Shown here piece after piece: positions 17,130-26,809 of a DNA stretch of 32,000 bases. The stretch is from Candidatus Methanoperedens sp. GTDB taxonomy: Archaea; Halobacteriota; Methanosarcinia; Methanosarcinales; Methanoperedenaceae. Location of the stretch: contig JAPZAR010000030.1 in the NCBI GenBank assembly GCA_027460535.1, positions 8,582 through 40,581 of the forward strand. Reading direction: 5' to 3'. Positions within the stretch are counted from its first letter, which is position 1; each line of letters starts with the position of its first letter. The position numbers and the translations under genes are program-made. The notes under the pieces were generated by a model that ran no database searches, was not told the origin of the DNA, and saw nothing but the letters and a program-made list of their open reading frames with translations.

Positions 17130-18115
17130 AGGAAGATTATTATATCACACAGGACGGCGGCCTTACAAGGCATGAAAATACGGTATATTTCGAGAACGAA
17201 AACACAAAACGCGCCCTTCCGGTAAATAAGATATACTCAATATACGCATACGGCAGGCTCAGCTTTTCATCCGGGGTCGTGGATTATCTTGCAAAGAGCG
17301 GGATACCGATACACTTCTTTAATTATTATGGTTTTTACGAAGGCTCATTCTATCCGCGCGAAACGCTGATAAGCGGCGATCTGACCGTGAAGCAGGCATC
17401 GAATTATCTCGACAGCGCAAAGAGACTGATACTTGCAAAATCCTTTGTTGAAGGCGCTTGCGGCAATATCCTGAAAAATCTCAACTATTACGCGCGGGAG
17501 ATGAAAAGTCTTGAAACACATATCAGCGGCATCGAATCCGAGATCGCGAGACTGCCGGGGACAGCAACTATCCCTGAGGTCATGAATGTAGAAGGACGGA
17601 TAAGGAATATTTATTATACGGCGCTTGATGAGATATTCCCTGAGAATTACAGGATAATCAAAAGGTCAAGGATGCCGCCGGCGAACAGGATGAACACGTT
17701 AATCAGTTTCGGGAATTCCCTGATGTACACAACAACTCTTTCGGAAATATACAATACCCAGTTAAACCCCACTATTTCTTTCCTTCATGAGCCATTTGAA
17801 AGGAGATTCTCGCTTGCTCTTGATGTAAGCGAGATATTCAAACCCATAATTATCGACAGGATCATCCTGAAGCTTGTGAATAAGAACATGCTTGACGATG
17901 CTTGTTTCAGGGGGGAGATAGGAGATATGCTGCTCAGTGAAAAAGGGAAAAAGCTGTTCCTGGCAGAATATAATGAGAAGCTTTCCACAACTATCAAACA
18001 CAGAGGACTGGAACAAAATGTTTCTTTCAAACGGCTTATAAGACTTGAATTGTATAAACTCGTGAAGCATTGCCTTGGTGAAAAGGATTACAAACCTCTC
18101 ATTATGTGGTGGTAA
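17126..18115 (+). CDS. cas1: Cas1 integrase
   Basis: 329-aa ORF with the typical Cas1 layout. N-terminal beta domain ([19 protein letters not shown]), then the catalytic helical domain ([11 protein letters not shown]...[12 protein letters not shown]...[22 protein letters not shown]). Confidence 0.95.
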   Translation: MKEDYYITQDGGLTRHENTVYFENENTKRALPVNKIYSIYAYGRLSFSSGVVDYLAKSGIPIHFFNYYGFYEGSFYPRETLISGDLTVKQASNYLDSAKRLILAKSFVEGACGNILKNLNYYAREMKSLETHISGIESEIARLPGTATIPEVMNVEGRIRNIYYTALDEIFPENYRIIKRSRMPPANRMNTLISFGNSLMYTTTLSEIYNTQLNPTISFLHEPFERRFSLALDVSEIFKPIIIDRIILKLVNKNMLDDACFRGEIGDMLLSEKGKKLFLAEYNEKLSTTIKHRGLEQNVSFKRLIRLELYKLVKHCLGEKDYKPLIMWW

Positions 18116-18381
18116 TCTTGTATGTAATAATTGTTTATGATGTGGGGGTGGAAAGGGTGAACAAGGTGAGGATTTACCTCAAGCAGTATCTTAATTGGGT
18201 GCAGAATAGTGTGCTGGAAGGGGAGCTTACAGAACCTGAATACATGAAGATAATGAATGGGCTCAGGGATGTAATAGATGAATCCCAGGATAATGTTATC
18301 TGTTATAAATCGAGAGATCGGAAGTATCTCGCTATTGATGAAATAGGAACTAAAAAGGCTGAGATCACAACAATAATCTGA
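18106..18381 (+). CDS. cas2: Cas2
   Basis: [36 protein letters not shown] is the canonical Cas2 N-terminus. GTG at 18106 overlaps the cas1 stop. TTG at 18118 (giving MYVIIVYDV) is an equally plausible start. Confidence 0.9.
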   Translation: MVVILYVIIVYDVGVERVNKVRIYLKQYLNWVQNSVLEGELTEPEYMKIMNGLRDVIDESQDNVICYKSRDRKYLAIDEIGTKKAEITTII

Positions 18382-18576
18382 TGTCGATGATCTAAAGTCG
18401 TGGATCTTTATAAAGCAAATACAAAACCTGGGATGCACGACTGAAAATTCTATTTTTGCAAAGGTTTTTGTGGAATGAGTTCTATTTATATTTGAGAGAA
18501 AATCAATAGACGATACCTGAAAAATTGTCTGTTTTTTCAACCAAATTCAACCGAAAATCCAGCTGGAAAAAGCTTG
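18382..18576 (+). promoter_or_regulatory. CRISPR leader (AT-rich) with candidate TATA boxes
   Basis: 195-bp AT-rich spacer between cas2 and the first repeat. TATA-like TTTATAAA around 18406-18413 and TTTATATT around 18484-18491. Orientation follows from the repeat 3' handle ATTGAAAT. Confidence 0.6.
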
Positions 18577-21408
18577 GTTAAAATCAGCCCTTGGAGGGAT
18601 TGAAATCCTGGAGGAAATGCTCTTGCCTAAATCTGTTATAAAGTTAAAATCAGCCCTTGGAGGGATTGAAATACGTAGATGTACCCGGTGTTCGCGTCAA
18701 GGTTTGTCAGTTAAAATCAGCCCTTGGAGGGATTGAAATACTATATACGTGCATACATACATAGATATGTATGCTGGTTAAAATCAGCCCTTGGAGGGAT
18801 TGAAATTATTCTGCTCCTCAGGCGATGCCGCCTTCCTTGAGGTTAAAATCAGCCCTTGGAGGGATTGAAATGGCGGTGATCGTATGAAATGCATCCACGC
18901 GATATATCGTTAAAATCAGCCCTTGGAGGGATTGAAATATGATATGGTGCCTTGTGCGCGAGGGCAGCCTCCTTGGTTAAAATCAGCCCTTGGAGGGATT
19001 GAAATGACTCTCCGGCGCTGAGCCTTTGGCTGCTGTATCACGTTAAAATCAGCCCTTGGAGGGATTGAAATTACTGAGATCGTGAAGCTGCGAACGCCCC
19101 TGGGGAGCGTTAAAATCAGCCCTTGGAGGGATTGAAATGTGTGAGCCCGAACTTTTCCGAGGTCAGTTCCGCCAGTTAAAATCAGCCCTTGGAGGGATTG
19201 AAATCGTGGTACCACGTGCTCCCCTCAACCCCATAGCGTGCGTTAAAATCAGCCCTTGGAGGGATTGAAATACGGAACGAACACGCACAAAATCCGTCGT
19301 GGCGTTATGTTAAAATCAGCCCTTGGAGGGATTGAAATAAGGCAAAACGCTCGAACAGGATCACCTTCATGGACGGTTAAAATCAGCCCTTGGAGGGATT
19401 GAAATCTGCGTATGCAGTGCGTTTCCGATCTTGTTCACGCGTTGTTAAAATCAGCCCTTGGAGGGATTGAAATTCTCTATGATCCTTATGATCGGGGGTT
19501 CATACTACCAGTTAAAATCAGCCCTTGGAGGGATTGAAATTTAAGACTATGTCGTCTTTTGAGCAGATCGGTAAGAAGTTAAAATCAGCCCTTGGAGGGA
19601 TTGAAATATATCTGTTTTTTCAGATATAGAAATTTTGAAATATTGTTAAAATCAGCCCTTGGAGGGATTGAAATATCATAATTATTATGTTTTGAGAGTA
19701 GATCATAAGGAGTTAAAATCAGCCCTTGGAGGGATTGAAATGTCTCAGCACAGACGACAAGCAACCAGACCTACACGAGTTAAAATCAGCCCTTGGAGGG
19801 ATTGAAATAGCGATGTAAAGAACATCCAGGGAGCGCACTTCAAATGTTAAAATCAGCCCTTGGAGGGATTGAAATACGCCTAGGCTTTCCTTGCCTCTTC
19901 CCTGACTTCTTGTTAAAATCAGCCCTTGGAGGGATTGAAATTCACTTGTAGCCCTTGAGGAAGTTGAGCGTATCGAGGTTAAAATCAGCCCTTGGAGGGA
20001 TTGAAATCAATAAGAACCTCCTCTACCCTTGGTTGTTATTTCATGTTAAAATCAGCCCTTGGAGGGATTGAAATAGCAAACAACGATACCGAGCAGCCCG
20101 GGTAATTCTCGTTAAAATCAGCCCTTGGAGGGATTGAAATATTCGCCCTCGCTCTCGGTCATGGTTCCCTATAAAACGTTAAAATCAGCCCTTGGAGGGA
20201 TTGAAATGAAGTGGACGAGTGCGGATGGAATTGAAGTCACCATGGTTAAAATCAGCCCTTGGAGGGATTGAAATCATCAACTTGCACCTCACACTTAAGA
20301 TAATGCTCAATGTTAAAATCAGCCCTTGGAGGGATTGAAATAAGGAATGGAGATGAAGATTTCTGCAGGCATACAAGTTAAAATCAGCCCTTGGAGGGAT
20401 TGAAATACGGTTTGATGAGCTTCTTGATAAAATACAGAACCAAGTTAAAATCAGCCCTTGGAGGGATTGAAATATGCAAGGTGCTGCTACAACTGCGAAC
20501 CGTGTGAATCGTTAAAATCAGCCCTTGGAGGGATTGAAATTTATAACTACTTCGACGTTCCCGCTTGCTGTGCTGAGTTAAAATCAGCCCTTGGAGGGAT
20601 TGAAATCTTGATACTTCCTGATTGGTGAAGTTCGCCCATCCGTGTTAAAATCAGCCCTTGGAGGGATTGAAATGGGTCTTTAGCAAGCTACCTGAGTATG
20701 TGCAAAAGAATGTTAAAATCAGCCCTTGGAGGGATTGAAATATTAATCAAGCAAACCGTTCAAGGAGGAAGGCTTCGGTTAAAATCAGCCCTTGGAGGGA
20801 TTGAAATATTTCGACTGCTCCATTTGCAAATATCACGAGCGTGGTTAAAATCAGCCCTTGGAGGGATTGAAATGACAATAGTGACATACAACACAAACGG
20901 AATTGCAGGTGTTAAAATCAGCCCTTGGAGGGATTGAAATATAGCGAATCGAGGCACGACACCAAGTCCGTGCGGAAGTTAAAATCAGCCCTTGGAGGGA
21001 TTGAAATAGATTAGTTAAACTAACTAACGGCTCTGTATATGATGTTAAAATCAGCCCTTGGAGGGATTGAAATATGTAACCAAAAAAGAACCAGATGAAA
21101 TAATCCCGGCGTTAAAATCAGCCCTTGGAGGGATTGAAATCAATGATATCATAGGGATGTTGTTATATTAATCCCTTGTTAAAATCAGCCCTTGGAGGGA
21201 TTGAAATCGAATACCTGGAAACATGCCGTCATGCCCGGACGAGGGTTAAAATCAGCCCTTGGAGGGATTGAAATGTGATCAAGGCGCTCCCGGACCTCAA
21301 TGCCCTGGTCGGTTAAAATCAGCCCTTGGAGGGATTGAAATGCAGACGTAATCTTAGCTGGGGCAAGTATCCCACTTAGTTAAAATCAGCCCTTGGAGGG
21401 ATTGAAAT
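18577..21408 (+). CRISPR. CRISPR array: 43 repeats of GTTAAAATCAGCCCTTGGAGGGATTGAAAT (30 nt), 42 spacers of 35-38 nt
   Basis: I located every repeat start by hand, from 18577, 18643, 18710 ... to 21312, 21379, with a period of 65-68 nt. I noticed no repeat variants. The repeat has a CCCT-TGG-AGGG mini-hairpin and ends in ATTGAAAT. It closely resembles the Haloferax I-B repeat ...CCCTTGTGGGATTGAAGC. Confidence 0.98.
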
Positions 21409-21637
21409 GGAGTATCTATCATGTGGGCACCGAGGGCATTAATTTGCATATCTTGATGTTGATTTTGTCCGGTTAACATTTAATAAGAAATCATCAATAA
21501 ATAACCGCTGTCCATGAATATTTTAATGCTAGAAAGATGATAATAAATAGTGGATTCATTTTAGATTCTTTTGAAGCATTAGGAATCGTTCAAAAGTATC
21601 GATAATCTTTTTGCCCGGTTTTTTTTAAAACCGAAAT

Positions 21638-21709
21638 GCACCGATCGGGATTTGAACCCGAGTTATTAGCTTGGAAGGCTAAAGTCATAGCCGCTAGACC
21701 ATCGGTGCT
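21638..21709 (-). tRNA. tRNA-Gly (anticodon UCC)
   Basis: Reverse complement is GCACCGATGGTCTAGCGGCTATGACTTTAGCCTTCCAAGCTAATAACTCGGGTTCAAATCCCGATCGGTGCA. Acceptor stem GCACCGA/TCGGTGC, D-arm GTC..GAC, anticodon stem TTAGC/GCTAA with loop CT-TCC-AA, and T-arm TCGGG-TTCAAAT-CCCGA. 72 nt, with no encoded CCA. Confidence 0.92.
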
Positions 21710-21853
21710 ACGATGCCTTCCTAAGTGAGTAAAAGGATTTAATTGTTTCGTATTGGGAAATCAGCAATTTCCATACAGGATGTTTGCTAATTATAAATAA
21801 AATTTTGTGCAGTATGACATATGGACTGCACAGAGTTGATATGGTGAAATTCC

Positions 21854-22132
21854 CTAATCCGGCAACAGCCCCTCCCCCTTGAATATCTTCTTAGCCTCCT
21901 CGATCGTGATATCCCCTGGCGGTATTATCACATCGCTCGGCTTCAGGATCTCATGCGGAATCGGCTTCCCGTACTTTCGCACATAATCGTTGAGCTTCTT
22001 GAATTCGCTTTTAAAGACCTTCTCATTCCCTTTGTTAACGATCTTCACAATATTATTGTCTATTTTATTTATCTCATCCACATGCTTCTTATCGATCTCA
22101 AACTGTCCTTCTCCCATTAATCTCACTATCAT
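21854..22132 (-). CDS. PspA-associated small protein (PspAA-like)
   Basis: 92-aa ORF beginning MIVRLMGEGQFEI and ending ...DITIEEAKKIFKGEGLLPD, as I recall for the PspAA family. Its ATG overlaps the pspA stop in an ATGA. Confidence 0.7.
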   Translation of the reverse strand: MIVRLMGEGQFEIDKKHVDEINKIDNNIVKIVNKGNEKVFKSEFKKLNDYVRKYGKPIPHEILKPSDVIIPPGDITIEEAKKIFKGEGLLPD

Positions 22133-22830
22133 TTTCCCATCTCCTTCTTCAGCGCCTCAAGCTGCGCATCCACATCTCCCTTGGATTTTATCTTTGAAAG
22201 CTCCCTGTCAATATCATCCTTCGTTCCTCCAGTCACATCCTCAAGCGTTCCTGCATCAACAAGTTCATCCAGCGCATCCGCGCGCGCTTTCATGGTCTCT
22301 GTCTTATCCTGCGCCCGCTGGACTGCAAGGCCCACATCGCTCATCTCTTCCCCGATGCCGCTGACGGCTTCCGTGACCTTGACCTGCGCCTCTGCCGCGC
22401 TGTACTGGGCTTTTATCGTTTCTTTTGTGGAGCGGAAGGATTCTATCTTCGTGGAGAGTCGCTTTTCAGTTGCTGTAAGCTTCTCCTGCTGATTTGCAAT
22501 ATCTGCGATCTGCTGGGTGAGGCTTGCGATTTCGCCCTGCGATGTGCTCTTCCTCTCAAGCGCGATCCTGGCAAGGTCCTCCCTTCCTGCTTTTACCGCC
22601 TCTCGCGACTGATCGTCCAGTTTCTGCACGTTTTGCTCGAGTTTTACTTTCTGGATTTCAAGCCGTTTCTTCGAGGTCGTGACCTCCGCAACGCCTCTCT
22701 TTACGTTCTGCAAGAGTTCAAGCTGTTTCTCATAAGAGTAATCAAGAGTTTCCCTCGGATCCTCGAATTTCCCTAAGATCTTGTTTATTTTTGATTTTAT
22801 GATCGTACTTGTTCTTTCTATTAGCCCCAT
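22129..22830 (-). CDS. pspA: PspA/IM30/Vipp1 family membrane-remodelling protein
   Basis: 233-aa coiled-coil ORF. MGLIERTSTIIKSKINKILGKFEDPRETLDYSYEKQLELLQNVKRGVAEV is the conserved PspA N-terminus. GAGGT Shine-Dalgarno upstream. Confidence 0.9.
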   Translation of the reverse strand: MGLIERTSTIIKSKINKILGKFEDPRETLDYSYEKQLELLQNVKRGVAEVTTSKKRLEIQKVKLEQNVQKLDDQSREAVKAGREDLARIALERKSTSQGEIASLTQQIADIANQQEKLTATEKRLSTKIESFRSTKETIKAQYSAAEAQVKVTEAVSGIGEEMSDVGLAVQRAQDKTETMKARADALDELVDAGTLEDVTGGTKDDIDRELSKIKSKGDVDAQLEALKKEMGK

Positions 22831-22922
22831 GATTCTTACCTCATTAATTCAATTTCCTTCTACGGCTAAATACTTTCTCTAAAAGGAAACTATAATACTC
22901 AATGGAATAATTCTGATAGATA

Positions 22923-24629
22923 ATGGTAAAGGACTCAGTCGGCGTCATATTCGGAAAAACGGATTCTTTAAACTTCAGGTTCGCGGTTTCCAACATCATT
23001 AACACAAATAAATCTGATTATGTTAAAGTCTGGCACGAATCTGACGGATGGATACTTGCCCAGGTCACATCCATCACAAGTTCCAGCGAGGATTTCGACA
23101 TAGAGGAAGCCGTTGACGTAGCCGGGGGCGGTTCCAGGATGGGTGATATGGATGAGAGGATCATTGCCGAGGCAACTGTCATCGGTTCAAGAAGCAAGGA
23201 GGGAACCCTGAACGTGCCGAAATCCCCATTCAGCCCTGGAGATAAGGTCTTCAACGCAGACGAGATGCTCATAAGACAAACGCTGGGTCTGATGCGCGGG
23301 GATGTTTACATCGGTCTCCTTGAAGGGCAGAATATACATGTTAATCTGGATGCCAACAACCTTGTTCAGAAGCACTGTAGCATCCTTGCCAAGACCGGCG
23401 CGGGCAAATCCTATACCGGCGGGGTCATACTCGAAGAACTTCTCGATAAGAACGTGCCACTTCTCATCATTGACCCGCACGGGGAATACTCCACACTTAA
23501 ATTTCCGAATGAGGAGAAAGCGTCTTCCTTTGAGCGGTACGGCATAACGCCAAAAGGCTACGCCACGCAGGTTACAGTATATACGCCTGCCAATAAGATG
23601 CTTAATCCTGCGGCAGATACGCTTTTTCGGTTAAACGGCATAAACCTTGGAATAAAAGACCTGGCGCAATTTTTCTCTGAAGAAAGCTCTCAGAACCAGA
23701 CAGGTATACTCTACGAGGCTGTCTCGAAGCTCAAGGCCGAGAAATCGACATATACCATCGACGATATTATTTTCGAAGTGGGACAGAACAAAAGCAAGGT
23801 CAAATGGAACGTTATCAATAAACTGGAGGGGCTCAGGGAGACTGGTATATTATCAGACAGGGCGACGACGGTTTCCGAGCTCGTTCAGGATGGCAGGGCC
23901 TCCATAATTGATATGAAGGGTGTGAACCCCGATATGCAAGCCATGATAGTTGCGAAGTTGTGCGGAGACCTTTTCGAGGCTCGAAAGCTCAACACCGTGC
24001 CTCCGCTGATGCTGGTGCTTGAAGAGGCGCACAATTTCTGTCCTGAAAAGGGATTCGGGAGAACGGTGAGTTCGGATATCCTTCGCACAATCGCCTCGGA
24101 GGGGAGGAAATTCGGTCTGGGCCTGATGGTTGTTTCACAGCGCCCGGCAAGAGTGGATAAGAACATCCTTTCTCAGTGCAATACACAGATCATTATGAAG
24201 GTGACGAATCCCAATGACCTGAAAGCGATAAGCAAAGGACTTGAAGGTATAAGCTCAGATGTGGAAGAGGATATCAAGCGCCTTGCACCGGGCGTTGCGA
24301 TGATAGTAAGTACCTATATCGAGCGTCCCATACTGGTGGATATCAGGACAAGGAAAAGCAAGCATGGAGGAGCCAGCGTTCCTGTTGTCAAAGCCCAGGT
24401 TACAGAAGTGAAAAAAGAGACATTGCCTGTAAAAGCTGAACAGACTTCCCCTGCATCGCCTTCAATTTTGAAAAAGCTCATGCCTTTACCCATCATAGAA
24501 AAAAACAGGGATAATTTAGAAAAAAAAGAGCCAGAAAATCCATCAGGGGAAAAGCCAGTGCAAAAGAAACAAAGATCAAAGCGTGAAATGAGCCTTTATG
24601 CTAAAATGTTCGGTTCGAGGAAGAAATGA
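22923..24629 (+). CDS. HerA/DUF87-type (FtsK-HerA superfamily) ATPase with a ~90-aa Lys/Glu/Pro-rich C-terminal tail
   Basis: N-terminal HAS-barrel-like region, Walker [21 protein letters not shown], Walker [12 protein letters not shown], and [34 protein letters not shown]. No NurA-like partner is present in the window. Confidence 0.85.
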   Translation: MVKDSVGVIFGKTDSLNFRFAVSNIINTNKSDYVKVWHESDGWILAQVTSITSSSEDFDIEEAVDVAGGGSRMGDMDERIIAEATVIGSRSKEGTLNVPKSPFSPGDKVFNADEMLIRQTLGLMRGDVYIGLLEGQNIHVNLDANNLVQKHCSILAKTGAGKSYTGGVILEELLDKNVPLLIIDPHGEYSTLKFPNEEKASSFERYGITPKGYATQVTVYTPANKMLNPAADTLFRLNGINLGIKDLAQFFSEESSQNQTGILYEAVSKLKAEKSTYTIDDIIFEVGQNKSKVKWNVINKLEGLRETGILSDRATTVSELVQDGRASIIDMKGVNPDMQAMIVAKLCGDLFEARKLNTVPPLMLVLEEAHNFCPEKGFGRTVSSDILRTIASEGRKFGLGLMVVSQRPARVDKNILSQCNTQIIMKVTNPNDLKAISKGLEGISSDVEEDIKRLAPGVAMIVSTYIERPILVDIRTRKSKHGGASVPVVKAQVTEVKKETLPVKAEQTSPASPSILKKLMPLPIIEKNRDNLEKKEPENPSGEKPVQKKQRSKREMSLYAKMFGSRKK

Positions 24630-25891
24630 CCACATTGATGGAGCAGGCGCATGCAGGTCTTGTGACATCGGAGATTAAGCGTGTTGCTGCAAATGAGGGG
24701 GTAAACGCAGAAACGGTCCGGACGCTCCTTGCCCAGGGGCTGCTCGTCATCCCGAAGAATATCAAAAGCAGATCACTTCCAGTCGGCATAGGAAAACTGA
24801 TGCGGACAAAGATCAACGCAAATCTTGGCACTTCAAGGGATTACGCGGATATCGATGCAGAGGTGGAGAAGGCAAAAACCGCTGAAAAATACGGCGCCGA
24901 TACCATAATGGACTTATCCACGGGCGGAGACCTTGACCTTGTGCGCAAGCGTATTATGGATGCTGTCAGTGTCCCGGTAGGTTCCGTTCCGATATACCAG
25001 GCAGCAAGCCAGGGTATCGAGAATATGACCTCCGATGATATGTTCAATGCCGTAAGAAAGCATGCTGAAGACGGCATTGATTTTATCACAGTGCATGCGG
25101 GGGTGACCCGAAGTTCATTCGAGCGCCTGAAAAACAGTGAAAGGATACTCGATGTGGTCAGCCGTGGAGGTGCGTTCACTATATCATGGATGGAGCACAA
25201 CGGCAAGGAGAACCCGTTTTATTCAGAATATGATTACCTGCTTGAGATTGCACGAGAATACGACCTCACACTCAGCCTTGGTGACGGCATGCGCCCCGGG
25301 TGTATCAACGATGCTTCGGACAGGGCGAAGTTCCAGGAGTTCATTACCCTTGGCGAGCTTGTGAAAAGGGCGCGGGCGGCTGGCATCCAGACTCTTGTAG
25401 AAGGCCCGGGGCATGTCCCGATAGATGAGATCGGGCTTTCGGTGAGCGCGATGAAGCACCTGACAGGAAACGCCCCGCTCTATCTTCTCGGCCCGCTTGT
25501 TACCGATATCGCGCCGGGGTACGATCATATAACCGCCGCGATGGGTGGCGCGGTGGCAGGAATGCACGGCGCGGATTTCCTGTGCATGACCACGCCTGCC
25601 GAACATCTTGCGCTTCCGGACTTGGAGGACATCAGGGAGGGCACGATAGTGACAAGGATAGCTGCCCATGCAGCCGACCTGACAAAGGAAGGCGTGAGGG
25701 AACGGGCGCGAGCCTATGACCGTGAGATGGCGCTGGCACGGCGGGACCTTGACTGGAATCGGCAGTTCGCGATAGCCATAGATAGTGAGAAAGCCAGGAA
25801 GATCCATGCCAGGAGCAGGAATGTGGATACGTGCAGCATGTGCGGGGAGCTGTGCTCGATCAAGATGATGAGAGAAGTGATGAAGAAGTGA
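24626..25891 (+). CDS. thiC: Phosphomethylpyrimidine synthase ThiC (short archaeal form)
   Basis: 421-aa ORF with [37 protein letters not shown], and the C-terminal radical-SAM cluster motif CSMCGELCS. Its ATG overlaps the upstream stop in an ATGA. Confidence 0.95.
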   Translation: MTTLMEQAHAGLVTSEIKRVAANEGVNAETVRTLLAQGLLVIPKNIKSRSLPVGIGKLMRTKINANLGTSRDYADIDAEVEKAKTAEKYGADTIMDLSTGGDLDLVRKRIMDAVSVPVGSVPIYQAASQGIENMTSDDMFNAVRKHAEDGIDFITVHAGVTRSSFERLKNSERILDVVSRGGAFTISWMEHNGKENPFYSEYDYLLEIAREYDLTLSLGDGMRPGCINDASDRAKFQEFITLGELVKRARAAGIQTLVEGPGHVPIDEIGLSVSAMKHLTGNAPLYLLGPLVTDIAPGYDHITAAMGGAVAGMHGADFLCMTTPAEHLALPDLEDIREGTIVTRIAAHAADLTKEGVRERARAYDREMALARRDLDWNRQFAIAIDSEKARKIHARSRNVDTCSMCGELCSIKMMREVMKK

Positions 25892-25953
25892 ATTGTAAGC
25901 TCCGGCACTGCTGCAATATGCTCTCTTTACTGTAGGAAATTTCTATCGTTCAT

Positions 25954-26223
25954 TTATTCTTCTGTGCAAACATCCATTCCTTCCACTTTGCCGTACCCAT
26001 TTCTGGGTATCTTCACGATGCCGGGTTTGACCTCTGGTTCTTTTTGAGGCGGCGCCGAATCCTCGATCTTAAATAGCTCATCCTCATGCTTTAGCGCAAG
26101 CCGGGTCATGGCATCGATAAGCTCAGTGAGCGTCATTTTTTTGTGCCGGGCCAGGGTTATCCTTGCCTGGATCATATCCAGTAGCTGCTTTGTTTCATCT
26201 GTAACTTTGATTGTTGTGACCAT
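25954..26223 (-). CDS. Ribbon-helix-helix (CopG/antitoxin-like) DNA-binding protein
   Basis: 89-aa ORF. MVTTIKVTDETKQLLDMIQARITLARHKKMTLTELIDAMTRLAL fits a beta-strand/helix/helix RHH pattern. The C-terminal half looks disordered. Confidence 0.55.
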   Translation of the reverse strand: MVTTIKVTDETKQLLDMIQARITLARHKKMTLTELIDAMTRLALKHEDELFKIEDSAPPQKEPEVKPGIVKIPRNGYGKVEGMDVCTEE

Positions 26224-26232
26224 AGTATATTA

Positions 26233-26273
26233 GTATACTTTTTATTTTAATATACTTTTCTACTAGTATACTT
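26233..26273 (-). promoter_or_regulatory. Three AAGTATA(C/T) boxes directly upstream of the RHH gene (candidate operator/promoter)
   Basis: The minus strand reads aatAAGTATACtagtagaaAAGTATATtaaaataaaAAGTATACtaatatactATG. Boxes lie at 26266-26273, 26250-26257 and 26233-26240, spaced 16-17 nt apart, with a palindromic GTATAC core. Confidence 0.35.
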
Positions 26274-26444
26274 ATTGATGGTTACCAAACCTACCAGGAG
26301 CCATTGGCAACTTCTTCCTGACAATTGTAACTTGTCACAATATCATGAATCAATGTTAAACAAATAAATTCTTCAAATCTAAGGATTATCCTATTTGAAA
26401 AAAAAATTAAGTAAATATAAATTAAAAAAATGATTGAACCAAGA

Positions 26445-26579
26445 TTATTTTCGTGGCGAGCAATCTGTACAGGTGTATTTATCGAATCTCATATCATCGC
26501 CGAATTCAAAAGTACCTTCGCCGCAATTCTCACATTTCTTCCTTTTCATTACAAAGTCTGGTTGAACTAAAGTCTCCAT
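26445..26579 (-). CDS. 44-aa zinc-ribbon protein (below the ORF-track length cut-off)
   Basis: My own translation is METLVQPDFVMKRKKCENCGEGTFEFGDDMRFDKYTCTDCSPRK, which contains CxxC-x19-CxxC. GGGTGAT Shine-Dalgarno lies 5-6 nt upstream of the ATG at 26579-26577. Confidence 0.45.
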   Translation of the reverse strand: METLVQPDFVMKRKKCENCGEGTFEFGDDMRFDKYTCTDCSPRK

Positions 26580-26809
26580 TTTGATCACCCATTAATTAAT
26601 GATTATTCATTGTATTTAAGACTTATCATGATTATTCATGATTATTTGAAATATGATGATTCAATTAATTCCGTAATTTGAAGGGATAAAAAGTGATATC
26701 GATTTATAAATCTGCTTTTATCCGCGGCCTTATACAATTGCGAAATTATATTTAATCCTGTGAAGCGACTGCTAATTCCTCGAAAAACGCGGAATTTATT
26801 TATTATCTC

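Larger units (their letters stand above)
7144..21659. mobile_element. Putative tRNA-Gly-associated genomic island carrying the whole CRISPR-Cas locus (no integrase seen)
   Basis: Bounded by a same-orientation 22-nt repeat. 7144-7165 reads tgcaccgatcgagatttgaacc and 21638-21659 reads tgcaccgatcgggatttgaacc; the latter is the 3' end of an intact tRNA-Gly. Composition inside is mosaic and differs from both flanks. Confidence 0.45.

Noticed and set aside
18916-20957. ORFs in the track inside the array (18916-19215, 20185-20376, 20698-20937, 20760-20957), with recurring peptides such as SLQGLILT / KSALGGIEI.
   Set aside because: They are translations of the CRISPR repeat read through spacers. The recurring peptides are simply the 30-nt repeat in different frames.
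21410-21637. AT-rich 230 bp between the last repeat and the tRNA, examined for a degenerate repeat, a second leader or an integrase remnant.
   Set aside because: I found no repeat-like or coding signal. The only feature is a GGTTTT(t4)AAAACC hairpin with a T8 run at about 21617-21636. This is most simply a terminator for the array and/or the convergent tRNA.
7144-21709. Casposon hypothesis, because a Cas1-containing element sits next to a tRNA 3' end as in Methanosarcinales casposons.
   Set aside because: Cas1 here sits in a canonical cas4-cas1-cas2-leader-array context. There is no family-B polymerase, and the terminal repeats are tRNA-derived direct repeats rather than casposon TIRs.
26614-26624. 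Shared 11-mer atttaagactt upstream of both the 44-aa zinc-ribbon ORF (26614-26624) and nikR (31058-31068) at similar distances, hinting at co-regulation.
   Set aside because: Roughly 100 chance 11-mer coincidences are expected in a 32-kb window. In addition, the word overlaps the TATA/BRE position, so generic promoter similarity is the simpler explanation.
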